This document shows, piece after piece, positions 1-11,300 of a stretch of DNA of 64,000 bases (the stretch's first letter is position 1; each line of letters opens with the position of its first letter). The position numbers were made by a program, and so were the translations under genes. The DNA is from Paraphysomonas bandaiensis (Eukaryota; Protista; Chrysophyceae), in assembly GCA_965644295.1 (NCBI GenBank), contig CBFFRP010000128.1, positions 1 to 64,000 on the forward strand, given 5' to 3'. The notes below the pieces were generated by a model. The model ran no database searches. It was not told the origin of the DNA and saw only the letters and a list, made by a program, of their open reading frames with translations.

Positions 1-250
1 CCAGATCAATAGCGCCGGTGAGTCCACGGACACACGATAAAGGCGAATTTCATATCACACAAAAGAACGGAAGTGGTTGCACCTTGGTGCTTGCGGCGAC
101 GCACAAGCAGCTTTCGTAGCGTTAAATAGTAGGATAAAAGAGTTTGTATTGATTAGTTACGGGTAGTGGTCTAACTAGTATGACTAGCATTCTTCTAGCC
201 ACTAATTGATGCAAGGTCTCAACGCCTATTGCTAAATAATCAGACATTCA
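1..250 (+). mobile_element. 3' end of a non-LTR retrotransposon-like element (family shared with 1021, 10920, 34047, 43050, 60868)
   Basis: Contains core GGTTGCACCTTGGTGCTTGCGGCGACGCACAAGCAG and ends CCTATTGCTA...AGACATTCA. The window opens with CCA GAT CAA TAG (PDQ*), echoing the RPPD* ORF end of the 60375 copy. Confidence 0.7.
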
Positions 251-1020
251 CTACTAATATCGAGCAATTCTGATAATTACCTGCAGCACAGAATGCTATA
301 CGTTCGATATTAGAATTCGTACTGTCTCTGTCAAACTATTCACCAAAAAGTAAACTCTAAACTGTGTTAAAAGTATGCTGCCCTCCACGTACAACACTAA
401 AGACTGCCCGAATATATTTTTCTTATGATCTGTAAGAGGTAATAGTATACCAGTGTAAACACTCAATAAGCAAGATGCCAGTAAAACGATCTTCATATCC
501 GCCATTATGGTCACAACACCAAGACAATTATTCGATTCCAAACTATTTGACTGTCATCACTTTTATATTTATCGCACACTAGGTGTTGGAATTATTACTT
601 CCTCGAAACAAGGCAACAAAATGTTTTCTCTTTCTTAGATTATGGTTCCTACACTGCATGTTATCGTGAATATGTGAATATGACTAGTGACTGCTGAATT
701 ATATATGAATAAGCTCGTCAGCTGGTATTTTCCTACTATATCGTACAGTAAGTAGTGTTATAATATTATATTAAAGTGGTGTTATACTATGATATACAAC
801 TGCATTCGGTAGAGACATTTATATGTCGACTTGATTGGCGTTGACTATTGACTATCATAGAAGCATCCAACAACAGAGAATATGTTTCTGCTAAGATTTA
901 TTTATTATTTATAATTAGTGTGGACTGTTTAGTGGTTGCAACTATAGAAGTGGGGCAACTACAAGGTCACAGACACTGCACAGTGTGACGTATATTCTTT
1001 GAAGAATATATTTCGCTGTA

Positions 1021-1204
1021 ACGGAAGTGGTTGCACCTTGGTGCTTGCGGCGACGCACAAGCAGCTTCTGTAGCGCTAAATAGTAGGATAATAGAATTTG
1101 TGCTGATTAGTTATGGGTAGAGGTCTAACTAGTAGATCTAGCATTCAACTAGCCACAGTATCGGAACGAGTTTTTAACGCCTATTGCTATATAAAAAGAC
1201 TTTC
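1021..1204 (+). mobile_element. 5'-truncated non-LTR retroelement/SINE-like insertion with 16-bp TSD
   Basis: Homologous to 67-250; flanked by exact direct repeat AATATATTTCGCTGTA at 1005-1020 and 1205-1220. Confidence 0.85.
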
Positions 1205-1570
1205 AATATATTTCGCTGTAGAGACGTATCAGAGAAGTATCTTCTAATTGTGATATTCGAGGATAGCTAATGACATTTTACGGAGTCTTTGCACTATTCT
1301 ACCTTCTTTATACTTTATACCATGAAAACGCGCAATAATGATGCATAATACTAAGAGCAAAGTGAAAAAATCCACAGGGACGTCACCAAAGCATTGTAAT
1401 AGTAACAATAATAACTCTTACACATCAGTCCATGGGCGTCGTGATGAGTAATGAACATGAAGACTACTTCGGTATTGCACTCTATTCAATAGAAATACCC
1501 GTACCATAGTATATGCCACGAACTTCAGAAGATATCACATATAACATCTTTCCACATAAATATGCCGCAA

Positions 1571-2767
1571 CTAAGACACAGTATTCAATTGTTTCTCTTG
1601 CATCGATTTTAATTTACACGCTGCCCGCTTATCACCTTGCTCAGAAGCTGAAGTATACAGTTGCATAGCCTCTTCAACGTTCTTATTTACACCGTTTCCT
1701 TCTTCGTAGCATACTCCTAAGTTACACTGTGCCAAAGAGTAGCCCTGCTCAGCTGCTGCCTTGTAGTGAGACACAGCAGCGGAGAGATTTTTCGAAATCC
1801 CCTGACCAAATTCATAGCACCACCCCATCATGCATTGTGCTTTACAATGTCCCTGGTCAGCTGCTAAACTGTAATACCTAACCGCTTCATAAATATCCTT
1901 CTGAACCCCTTTACCATACTCATAACACTCCCCAGCATTGTATTGAGCAACAGGATAACCTTGCTTAGCAGATAGAATATAGTTTTGCACTGCTTTTTCT
2001 AGGTCTTTTGGTACTCCATCTCCATACTCATAACATACTCCCATAGTATGTTGAGCAAGAGCATGGCCTTGTTTCGCCGCTAGAGAATATTGTCTAGCTG
2101 CCTCCTCAATGTTTTCATCCACACCAGTACTATTTTCATAACACATTCCAACGGCGTGCTGAGCACACGCATACCCACTGGACGCCGATTGTGCATACAG
2201 ACTGAAGGCTTTGACCTCATCCAATTCCACACCACGCCCATATTGGTAACACATTGCCAGATTGTATTGCGCTATTGGATTGTTTTGGTCACTCGAGAGC
2301 TGATACAGGCGCACAGCTTCCAAAGGGTCAGCAGCTACTCCCAACCCACTGTAGTAACACGTCCCAAGATTACACTGTGCTATAGAGTGTCCTGCAGATG
2401 CAGCTAATTGATAATATCTAACAGCCTCCATATCATTCCTCCGCAGTGATATGCCCCTCGAGCAGCAAAACCCCAAAACAAACAAACCATCCGCATCTAG
2501 AGCAGACTCCATGCTCTGCAGACCTCTTCCCACCTCCTCGAGATACTCCTCTGAGGGGATGATATGAGAGCCGGGGAGGGAGAGTGACAGATGGTCACAT
2601 AGATAGTCATCCGTTAATAGGACTATACAGAGATAGCCACGAGACAACACACACACACTGGATAGATCTAACAGATCCTTGAAGGCATTTTGATCTCCGC
2701 ATCTCGATCTGAGGTGAAGAGATCGAGAGAGACTGTTGTACTGAGAGGTGGCGGCCCACTCCGACAT
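1571..2767 (-). CDS. Sel1-like repeat protein
   Basis: Tandem Sel1 motifs (AQxNLGxCYExGxGVxKDxxxAVxxYxxAAxQG). First ATG (MSEWAATSQ) at 2767; start uncertain. Confidence 0.9.
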   Translation of the reverse strand: MSEWAATSQYNSLSRSLHLRSRCGDQNAFKDLLDLSSVCVLSRGYLCIVLLTDDYLCDHLSLSLPGSHIIPSEEYLEEVGRGLQSMESALDADGLFVLGFCCSRGISLRRNDMEAVRYYQLAASAGHSIAQCNLGTCYYSGLGVAADPLEAVRLYQLSSDQNNPIAQYNLAMCYQYGRGVELDEVKAFSLYAQSASSGYACAQHAVGMCYENSTGVDENIEEAARQYSLAAKQGHALAQHTMGVCYEYGDGVPKDLEKAVQNYILSAKQGYPVAQYNAGECYEYGKGVQKDIYEAVRYYSLAADQGHCKAQCMMGWCYEFGQGISKNLSAAVSHYKAAAEQGYSLAQCNLGVCYEEGNGVNKNVEEAMQLYTSASEQGDKRAACKLKSMQEKQLNTVS

Positions 2768-2798
2768 ATCCGAACTAATGACGAAACCATTCAACAAT

Positions 2799-3240
2799 AC
2801 CTACCTACCCTGTACCTACCTACCCTGTACCTACCTACCCTGTACCTACCTACCTACCTACCCTGTACCTACCTACCTACCCTGTACCTACCTACCTACC
2901 CTGTACCTACCTACCTACCCTGTACCTACCTACCTACCCTGTACCTACCTACCTACCCTGTACCTACCTACCCTGTACCTACCTACCTACCCTGTACCTA
3001 CCTACCTACCCTGTACCTACCTACCTACCTACCCTGTACCTACCTACCTACCCTGTACCTACCTACCTACCCTGTACCTACCTACCTACCCTGTACCTAC
3101 CTACCTACCCTGTACCTACCTACCTACCTACCTACCTACCTACCTACCTACCCTGTACCTACCTACCTACCTACCTACCTACCTACCTACCCTGTACCTA
3201 CCTACCCTGTACCTACCTACCTACCCTGTACCTACCTACA
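2799..3240. repeat. Compound microsatellite of CCTA and CCCTGTA units
   Basis: Directly visible; generates the spurious YLPT/TYLP ORFs. Confidence 0.95.
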
Positions 3241-3540
3241 GTACATACATATAGCAGTAGGAATTCCTGCGCACATCTGCTGCATCTTTTTTTCGTGGAC
3301 AGGTTGGTCGTTTGTTGGTTTGTGTGCCTTGAGGTTGCAGAGAGCAGTTGGAATTCTAATTCCTGGAGTTGAGTGGTGTGCTGTGTATTATCATGCTATG
3401 GATACTTCGTAATTGCATTGGATTGCTATAGTAGGGTACTATATGCATGGTGGTGAGGAGCATCATATATATGCAACACACAAGTCACTTATTCAATAGT
3501 ACCGAATTAACTCTCAACACCTATAAGTTACGCTTTAATC

Positions 3541-4245
3541 ATGAGATGGTGCACAGTTTTTACTATGATGACACTGCTTATGTTGAGTAGTGTCACTGCC
3601 ACCAAACCAAAGCCCAAACCAGTTCCCAAGAAACCACCAACCAGTAAGCTCACTTCTTACTCCTATAGTCCTTCACAGTGTGTTTATACTCGTAGACGGA
3701 GGCGCTGGAGATGATGATGATTCCGTCGCTGCCACTTGTGATGACTATCCCAGATGCTCCTGTACTCAGTCAACCGAATGCACTACTGATTATTTCTGTG
3801 CTATCGAATGTTTTACAGGTAACTGTGAGGCCAGCGTCGACGTGTGCCAGCCTTGTGATCCTGAGTGTCAATATGATGAAGATATCACTGGTAATGGAAC
3901 GTGTCCATCTGTATGTGGCGGATACTACACTTACTCCGAGGAACTATCTCTTTCAAGGTTCGTTTATTACGCTATAGTAGGCAATTCTCATTGATACCTA
4001 GTGCGTCTCACATTAAGTCGCTAAAGTTTGATGCTTCTATCGGTCTTGGGGCAGCTGCACTTCTTATTGCAGTTCTGGTGACTGTTAAAGTCGCACAGAA
4101 ACGAAACGGTCCGCAATCGGAATTTTCTCCCGTTGCAGAGGATTCTCAGCATGCTGTCGAGATTACTACGCCTACCCATCAGGAAGTTTGTTTGGAACCC
4201 GTTCAACAATTTCCACTGGCAAAGTCTAATATTGGCGCACTGTAG
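3541..4245 (+). CDS. Small type-I membrane protein with Cys-rich ectodomain (3 exons)
   Basis: Signal peptide MRWCTVFTMMTLLMLSSVTA; introns gtaagc..cgtag (~3645-3695) and gttcgt..cctag (~3958-4001); Cys-rich exon; TM segment IGLGAAALLIAVLVTV followed by basic residues. Confidence 0.75.
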
Positions 4246-4579
4246 CTAGTATTTCTTTGATGAACTATTGAGCTCGTTGCATTGTTGATGACATGTCACT
4301 TGCTGATAAATATAATCGCCACAGTAATAATAAACTGCTCTATTCCCAGACTTGGTCATTGTGTAGGCTAAGATATTTCGCAGATTCTACGCAGTCATCA
4401 ATATAGAACTAGGTTGACCATATAGATCGCTCGCTGAATCTGTCAGATCCACCCTGCCACCTCACCTGTGTTTCCCTTCACAAATATTGCACGGTCTGTA
4501 CAGTCAATATATTACAGTTCTAACCTAATTAAGATTTAAGATCATTTCATATAATTCATATCCTATTACCTTTAACTAC

Positions 4580-4701
4580 CAGGGCTGCGTGTCAATTATT
4601 GAAATTGCAATTGTTGAAATTGGGACATCGATTCATAATTGCAATTATAATTGACTCCAGCTCGCTTCAATTAATTGACAATTACTTGATACGCAGCCCT
4701 G
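4580..4701. mobile_element. hAT-type MITE, 122 bp
   Basis: TIR CAGGGCTGCGT...ACGCAGCCCTG; 8-bp TSD TTAACTAC on both sides; AATTG-rich subterminal repeats. Confidence 0.9.
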
Positions 4702-4759
4702 TTAACTACTGTATTCTTCAAGCACCTGTTATAATTAAGAAACCTTGAAATAGCTCTTA

Positions 4760-5025
4760 GCTTTACAAATAAGAATTTCCAAACAAGGAAATCCACATTA
4801 GTTACAATACACAATATTTCAATTTTTGATAGATAGAGTTTTACAATGGAATGACATCTTGTCATGTTGCAATATATGTTGGTATTTATTGCAACTCTCT
4901 ATGGACTATGTATTTATTATTTATTGGAATACTTATTTATCTGCACTCCATCAATGTTTATTGGTTATTGATGGGCGCTATCTAATATCTAAAAATCATA
5001 GTATTGCAATATATTGTTCCCTAGC
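4760..5025 (-). mobile_element. hAT-family relic related to the 40917 element
   Basis: Reverse complement of ~4945-5022 aligns with 40923-40985 (TAGGGAACAATATAT...TTAGATAGC...CCATCAATA). Confidence 0.55.
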
Positions 5026-5439
5026 CTTCATATATAATTAATCAAGTGATATTGGTCGGGCAGAGTAATACATACTACAATACGAAATATTGTTCCCTGA
5101 CCAATATCTCTTGAGAAAATCAGTATCTGATCTGTATAAGAGTTATTTCGAAAGCTTCTCGATATATTTAACATTTATAGTAAAGAAATGTATGCGTTGA
5201 TAACTCTAAATCGTTAAGTAATACTTAACGGGCCATTGATTCTGAATATATAAGATTTAATTAAGAAACTAAATATATTGCATTGAATATAATATCTTCC
5301 CACCATTGCCACTTATTGTCTAGTATAATTGGCAGGCATCAATTAGAATGTGCAATAACGTGCAATGAGATGATGTGGCAGTAAAGATACAGGACGTTTT
5401 CACTCAAAAACAAGTACATGGTTTGCTACATGCCCTCCC

Positions 5440-6489
5440 TTAACATTGAGGGAGACTCTCTGGGTTACCGAGATAATCCGAGGAGGGTCGTGGAGAGCAC
5501 ATGAGTGCCATATACTCATTAGTATTCTCGTATGTGCCGTCAGAGGATACCCCTGATATTAAAAACATGCTGATTCCGACAAACATATTGTATCCCTTGA
5601 CAAGTCCCATTCTCGGATCAGGCATGGTAGTGATTGCAAACCACTTGTCTCCAACTGAATCATAGGACCAGACTGCCTTCGAGAGATCTCCACTCGCGGA
5701 GGCTCCTCCTGCAGCAATCAGTTGGGTGCCATACACACCGAGTGCAAAGCTGTGCCTCGGGGAGGGCATGGGAGCTACACTCGACCATATCTTAGTCTCG
5801 GGGTCATATACCTCCACAGCATCCTGAGCTTCGCAGTTTTCATAATCGAGAGTGGATCCATCGCCTCCACAACCACCAACAGCGTACAGCTTCGAACCTA
5901 CTACACCAACCGACAAATCTCGTCTTGGTGTTGGCATAGGAGGTAAATCAGTCCAAACGCCCGTTGTGACATCATATACTTCAAGGGTTCCCAAATACTC
6001 AACGGGAACTCCAGTACAATCGGATATACAACGCATTCCACCAACCGCATATAGCAGTCCGTTCTCTTCGTCGCTCGCAAAAGCAAGACCCGTTCGTGCA
6101 GTGTTTAATGGTGTCACTTCAGACCACGCATCATCATTAGAAGTATACTTCTCGACCGAAGATGTGTTACGCATATCATCAGTGATCCCTCCACCGACAT
6201 AGAGCGCACCTGCCAATGGAGCTGCCCCATGATCACTGCGACCCTCAGACAGAGATACAACAGCTCTCCATTCATCATAGGCAGTGTTGTAGACTTCAAC
6301 GATAGAACCAGTATTCTGAATATCTGGATTATACCCTCCAGTCACCCATACCTCAGGATAATCCTTGGAGTTATAGAGTATGCCTCCTACAGCACCTCTA
6401 CGCGCAGTGGGGATCGGGGACCAGGTAGAGAACGATGACCCAGCAAGGGCGCAGCCTAGAATATGTAGAGAAAGTAGCCAGTAGATCAT
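5440..6489 (-). CDS. Secreted Kelch-repeat (beta-propeller) protein
   Basis: Signal peptide; repeated LYAVGG...VEVYD...W...PMPTPR Kelch motifs. Confidence 0.9.
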   Translation of the reverse strand: MIYWLLSLHILGCALAGSSFSTWSPIPTARRGAVGGILYNSKDYPEVWVTGGYNPDIQNTGSIVEVYNTAYDEWRAVVSLSEGRSDHGAAPLAGALYVGGGITDDMRNTSSVEKYTSNDDAWSEVTPLNTARTGLAFASDEENGLLYAVGGMRCISDCTGVPVEYLGTLEVYDVTTGVWTDLPPMPTPRRDLSVGVVGSKLYAVGGCGGDGSTLDYENCEAQDAVEVYDPETKIWSSVAPMPSPRHSFALGVYGTQLIAAGGASASGDLSKAVWSYDSVGDKWFAITTMPDPRMGLVKGYNMFVGISMFLISGVSSDGTYENTNEYMALMCSPRPSSDYLGNPESLPQC

Positions 6490-7082
6490 GGTGAGTGGTG
6501 GAGTAGTGTGGGTTTACAGGGTGTTCTATATATAAATATATATATATGTAGCACTCGACTCGGCTACCTACGCCTGTGCTGTACTCCTCTATACAGATAC
6601 GCATGTACTACAGCTCTACAGCAGGAGATTGTGCATATCGATTTCATCGATTTGTTCATCGTTTATTTCATTGAAAAGTCATCGGTTTTTCATTAAAAAG
6701 TCACCTTTTTTCACTTTTCACTGAAAAATCGATGACTTTTCAATGAACACTGCAGTATGTGCAAACCATATGGAGATGGGTATACTCTGCTGTACATCTG
6801 CACACCTACGCAGAGGATAATACGTACTCGTCACCATCCGTATCCTTCTATATGCCATAGCTCATACATTATCTACCACTCATACAGTACATATACATGA
6901 GATGTATGTTCGTCTCTATACAGCACGTATATGGTATAGTGTGGTATGGTATGTGTATGATGCATGTGACGGCTGTATGTATGTGTATGTATGTATGTGT
7001 ATGTGTGTATGGATATGTATGTATGTTTGTATGTATCAACAAACCATTCAGTTCATCATCATACACATAGCAATACCTCACA

Positions 7083-8559
7083 ATGCTTGCCAGGACAGTT
7101 GCTCGTTCATTGAAGGTAAATTTCCTTCTCTGTATGAGTGTTGTTGTGGTTCTAATGGCTCATAGGGTGCCGGGGGAGTGGGCTATAGAGGTATGGCCAC
7201 TGTGGAGGTATGTATGCACACACACACCGGAGATGCATCACATGATAGATGTGCAGATATCTATAAGAGAGGCGATCAATCAGGCGATTGATGAGGAGAT
7301 GGAGAAGGATGAGAATGTTCTTGTTATGGGTGAGACGCTGTACATGTATATGCATACACACACATACGATACTGCTACGCGACATGCTGTGCTACACTAC
7401 ACACACTATGCCGTGATATGATATACTATACGATGCTATGCCACAGTATGCTATGATATGCTGTGCCGCTCTCTGATTCGCTTATGTATACAGGTGAAGA
7501 AGTTGCTCAGTATCAGGGCGCTTATAAAGTGACCAAGGGACTCTTTCAGAAGTATGGTGAAAAGCGTGTGTTTGACACTCCTATTACAGGTTTGTTACCT
7601 AGTCCTCTGCATATGGGAAAGTTATGGTAATGTAATTCAGAAATGGGTTTTGCTGGTCTTGCTACTGGTGCCGCATATAAGGGCCTCCGTCCTGTGGTTG
7701 AATTTATGACTTTCAACTTCTCAATGCAGGCGATTGACCACATTGTCAATTCTGCTGCTAAGCAGGTACCTCCCATGCTCCTGCTAAGTGTGTCGCTGAC
7801 ATCGTTAATCACAGTTCTACATGTCTGGGGGTGATATGAATGTTCCAATCGTATTTCGCGGTCCCAATGGTGCTGCAGCAGGTGTGGCAGCCCAGCACTC
7901 CCAGTGCTTTGCAGCATGGTACAGTTCTGTTCCTGGGTTGAAGGTGGTGTCACCCTGGTCAGCTGAGGATTGCAGAGGTCTCGTCAAGTCAGCTATCCGT
8001 GACCCCAACCCAGTGATTATTCTTGAAAACGAGCTCTTGTATGGTGTTTCGTTCCCCGTTTCGGACGAAGCGCAGAGCAAGGACTTCCTTATCCCAATTG
8101 GTAAGGCAAAGGTGGAGAGAGAAGGCAAGGACTGTACGATTGTGACTTTTTCCAAATGCGTTGGTACCTCTCTGGAAGTTGCTCAGAACTTAGAGAAAGA
8201 GGGAATCTCGGTGGAGGTGATCAACCTGCGGTACGTATTTTTTTAAGTTTCTATTGCGTGAATGAGTATTTTGTTATAGCTCCATCCGCCCGCTGGATAG
8301 AAACGCTATTATCGCCTCAGTGAAGAAAACTCACCGTCTGGTGACAGTAGAAGAAGGATACCCTCAATGCGGCATCGGTGCGGAGATTGCCGCGATCGTT
8401 ATGGAGAGCGAGGCTTTCGACTACCTCGACGCTCCTGTGGAGAGAATTACCGGTGCGGATGTACCAATGCCGTACGCCATTCCACTAGAGAAGAATGCTC
8501 TGCCCCAGGTGGAGGACATCACCGCCGCTGTCAAGAGAGCCACATACCGTAAGATGTAG
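7083..8559 (+). CDS. PDHB: Mitochondrial pyruvate dehydrogenase E1 beta subunit (7 exons)
   Basis: Transit peptide; [58 protein letters not shown] and [21 protein letters not shown] joined by GT-AG introns. Confidence 0.97.
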
Positions 8560-9044
8560 ATGATTTGCCGCTGGGATTGTGTGGTACGATGAATATGGTT
8601 TTAACAGTGTAGATGCTAGAGCATGGTAATAATCTTATTAATTTGGCACCATATGGAATACGTATAGATTTTCATGAACCGTGCGGCATAAATATCTATA
8701 CGGGTGTAATTTCGTAAAGCATTAGCCGCAGGCACTGGACAGTGAAAAAGCAGGATAGGATATCAACTAAAGTCTTGGCACTAACTTATAACTCGAATAT
8801 TAAATAGCTAGCATATTGACTCACCAGACTTGGGTACTATTTATTGTATTGCCAAGAAAATTAATTGATTTGAAAATAATAATTCCAACTATTGTTATTA
8901 GATATCTCTCACCAACTAATCGGTTTACTTAATTAGTAGCTGCGCAACAATTAATTGCAATTTAATTGCAAATGTTTTTGATCATAGGTACAACCCATTA
9001 CTTACTAGAGCGTAGAAGAAGTGACTGTGTATAAGATCGTGTCT

Positions 9045-10197
9045 ATCTAAGATCGTATGAAAATGATTGATAGTTGAGACAACATGAATTTGGCGAATGA
9101 CAATGAATGATAAGTGAGAGTGATCATAATTTAGAATTAAAGCATTGAGTGTATATATCATGTTTAGTTAACTAAGTCTTTACCACCCAAAATAGGTTAA
9201 CAGTTGATATTAATCATATTTGCGTGCCAGCATAATTTTGTAGAAAGTACGCAAGAGTAATACATAGAGCAATATTATTGGCAACGAACAAATTGAGCAC
9301 CTCCACAACTATCGTACATTTAGCATACAAGCCGATTGTGGATATTCATTGTCTTCAAGTACAGTAATGTAAATGACGTTGTGTTCCCGTTGAGAACCAC
9401 TATCATTTGGCGCTGTATATATATCACCAGTATTGTGTATATATGTGTGTAAGAATACACTTCTATTATACAAAAGAATAGTAGCGTGCGTGTGCAACAC
9501 CAATAGAATAGAGTAGTATCGTTGAATGGCAATGCTTGTTGCTATTTATTCATTAGGATGGCACTAACTAAACGATGTCTATTTGTACTCCGACTTGGTG
9601 GATAACTATGCACAAAACTACGCCAGTTGAATAAAATGAAAGTAAGTTGTGCACGTATAAACTGCCATCTCAAAACTAAAGAGCACCAAATGGAGCATAT
9701 ATATAGTCAAGAGGTATAGTCCACTCATCTGCGAGGGTGTGATTCTGATGTTGATATCAAGCGATTGGTCCCAAGCCATTAACCATGCCAGGAGAGGGGT
9801 GCTTTATTTCAGATTAAGAAAAACGGTTTTAACATCGTCTGTAAACATTTTTGCAATCAGATACAGAAAAACAGCTTAATCTGGATGGTATAATATGAAT
9901 GTCTTATATTACTAACAAGAGGTGTCCGGGTACAATATGATGGTTTAATCCGTCAGTATCCCGGGATGAAATTCCAGCTGAGTGCAGACGCGGACGTTGT
10001 TCAAAATGCACATTTCGGAACGCAATAATAGTCAAGATTCAGCGTGGTATTGAGTTGGAACTGAACTGAGCTGAAAAAGACATAATACCCACTCAATGCT
10101 TTATTTTATAAATAATTATTTTCAATCTCACTTATCATTGTCATTTGCCAAATTCATGTTATAACTACCAATCATTTTCTTACGATCTTAGATAAAC
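9045..10197. mobile_element. Element bounded by ~110-bp imperfect inverted repeats (foldback/MULE-like)
   Basis: 9045-9152 (ATCTAAGATCGTATGAAAATGATTG...AAAGCATTGAGTG) is an imperfect reverse complement of 10090-10197. The interior at 9350-9470 resembles 16880-16975. Confidence 0.6.
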
Positions 10198-10919
10198 AAT
10201 ATATTTCTGCTTCACCGCTATTATATCTATCACTACTGCATCCTTCAAGTAGCGACCATGAGTCAAATATACTTTAGAGCTACAGTTATAAATTGTTCTA
10301 AAAGAGCAAAAAACAGCAAGATTAAAATATAATTGTAATTATTGTTGTTGGATACCTCTCGCCGATCAAGTGATACGCAGGCCTGTGAGTCCCTACCTGC
10401 ACAAAAAGCGGTCTCAAGACGAATTTATTTTATTTCCATTTTTATATTTAGACTTGCATGTTGTGTTGATACCAGGATACTTTAAATATAATATGTTGTA
10501 ATAAAAAACCGCAACGCACACAGCGACGACGAAATAAAATGATTAATGTTCTTATTCCTATTTTCATCGTCCATTCCTCATTCATATTTCCTTTTCTGTG
10601 TGCTAAAAACTAAGTAATATGCGCCCTCAACAAAGTCGGGCTTGCATCTTTTCGTGGTACTCTCTGGGGGATAAGTACCGGAGTTATTTCTCCAGAAAAC
10701 TAACGTGAGCTGCATATATATAGTCAGCAGACAACGTTCTGCCCACTCATTGCCAAATGCTTGTGTGGTACAAAGGACATTAATTAGTGTCACTTGTGTA
10801 GGCGTCTTCGGGCCTTGACGAATAAACAGGCATCCGAGAATGGGCCCACCTCAAGGGCATCCGGCGGGTTGTCTGCTGAAGTCCAGCATCCGGGCTATTC
10901 ACCTTAAGGACAGAGCGCG

Positions 10920-11070
10920 AAAGTGGTTGCTCCCTGGTGCTTGCGGTGGCGCACAAGCAGCTAATGTAGCACCAAATAGTAGGATATCAGAGTTAAGTAC
11001 TAAGTAGTTAAAATTGTTTGCTAACATTAGTTCTTATATTTTACACGCCTATTGCTAATGATCAGATAAT
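10920..11070 (+). mobile_element. Diverged non-LTR retroelement 3' end
   Basis: GGTTGCTCCCTGGTGCTTGCGGTGGCGCACAAGCAG...ACGCCTATTGCTAA; no TSD found. Confidence 0.7.
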
Positions 11071-11300
11071 CGCAACTGTTATAACTTAAATATATTAAAC
11101 TACTGCAAACTAACTCTGTAAAATATATGCGAGATATAGCTAGAATTACTTAAAGAAAAGTCTAAATACCTATTTTGCTATATATAGCAAACATCACATC
11201 ATATGACTAGAGTATCACATATCACGTATAAACCACGCATTGAACATTAAAATCTAGGTCCACCATCCTACTACATTGCATCCTACTACACATCCTCAAC

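Noticed and set aside
2690-3412. YLPT-repeat ORFs; also considered as a telomeric repeat
   Set aside because: Translation of a microsatellite; the array is internal and irregular.
7083-8559. Non-canonical introns or introner elements
   Set aside because: All introns I traced are GT-AG and show no mutual sequence similarity.
10800-10930. Hammerhead or HDV ribozyme upstream of the retroelement core
   Set aside because: No CUGANGA/GAAA core and no HDV pseudoknot could be built.
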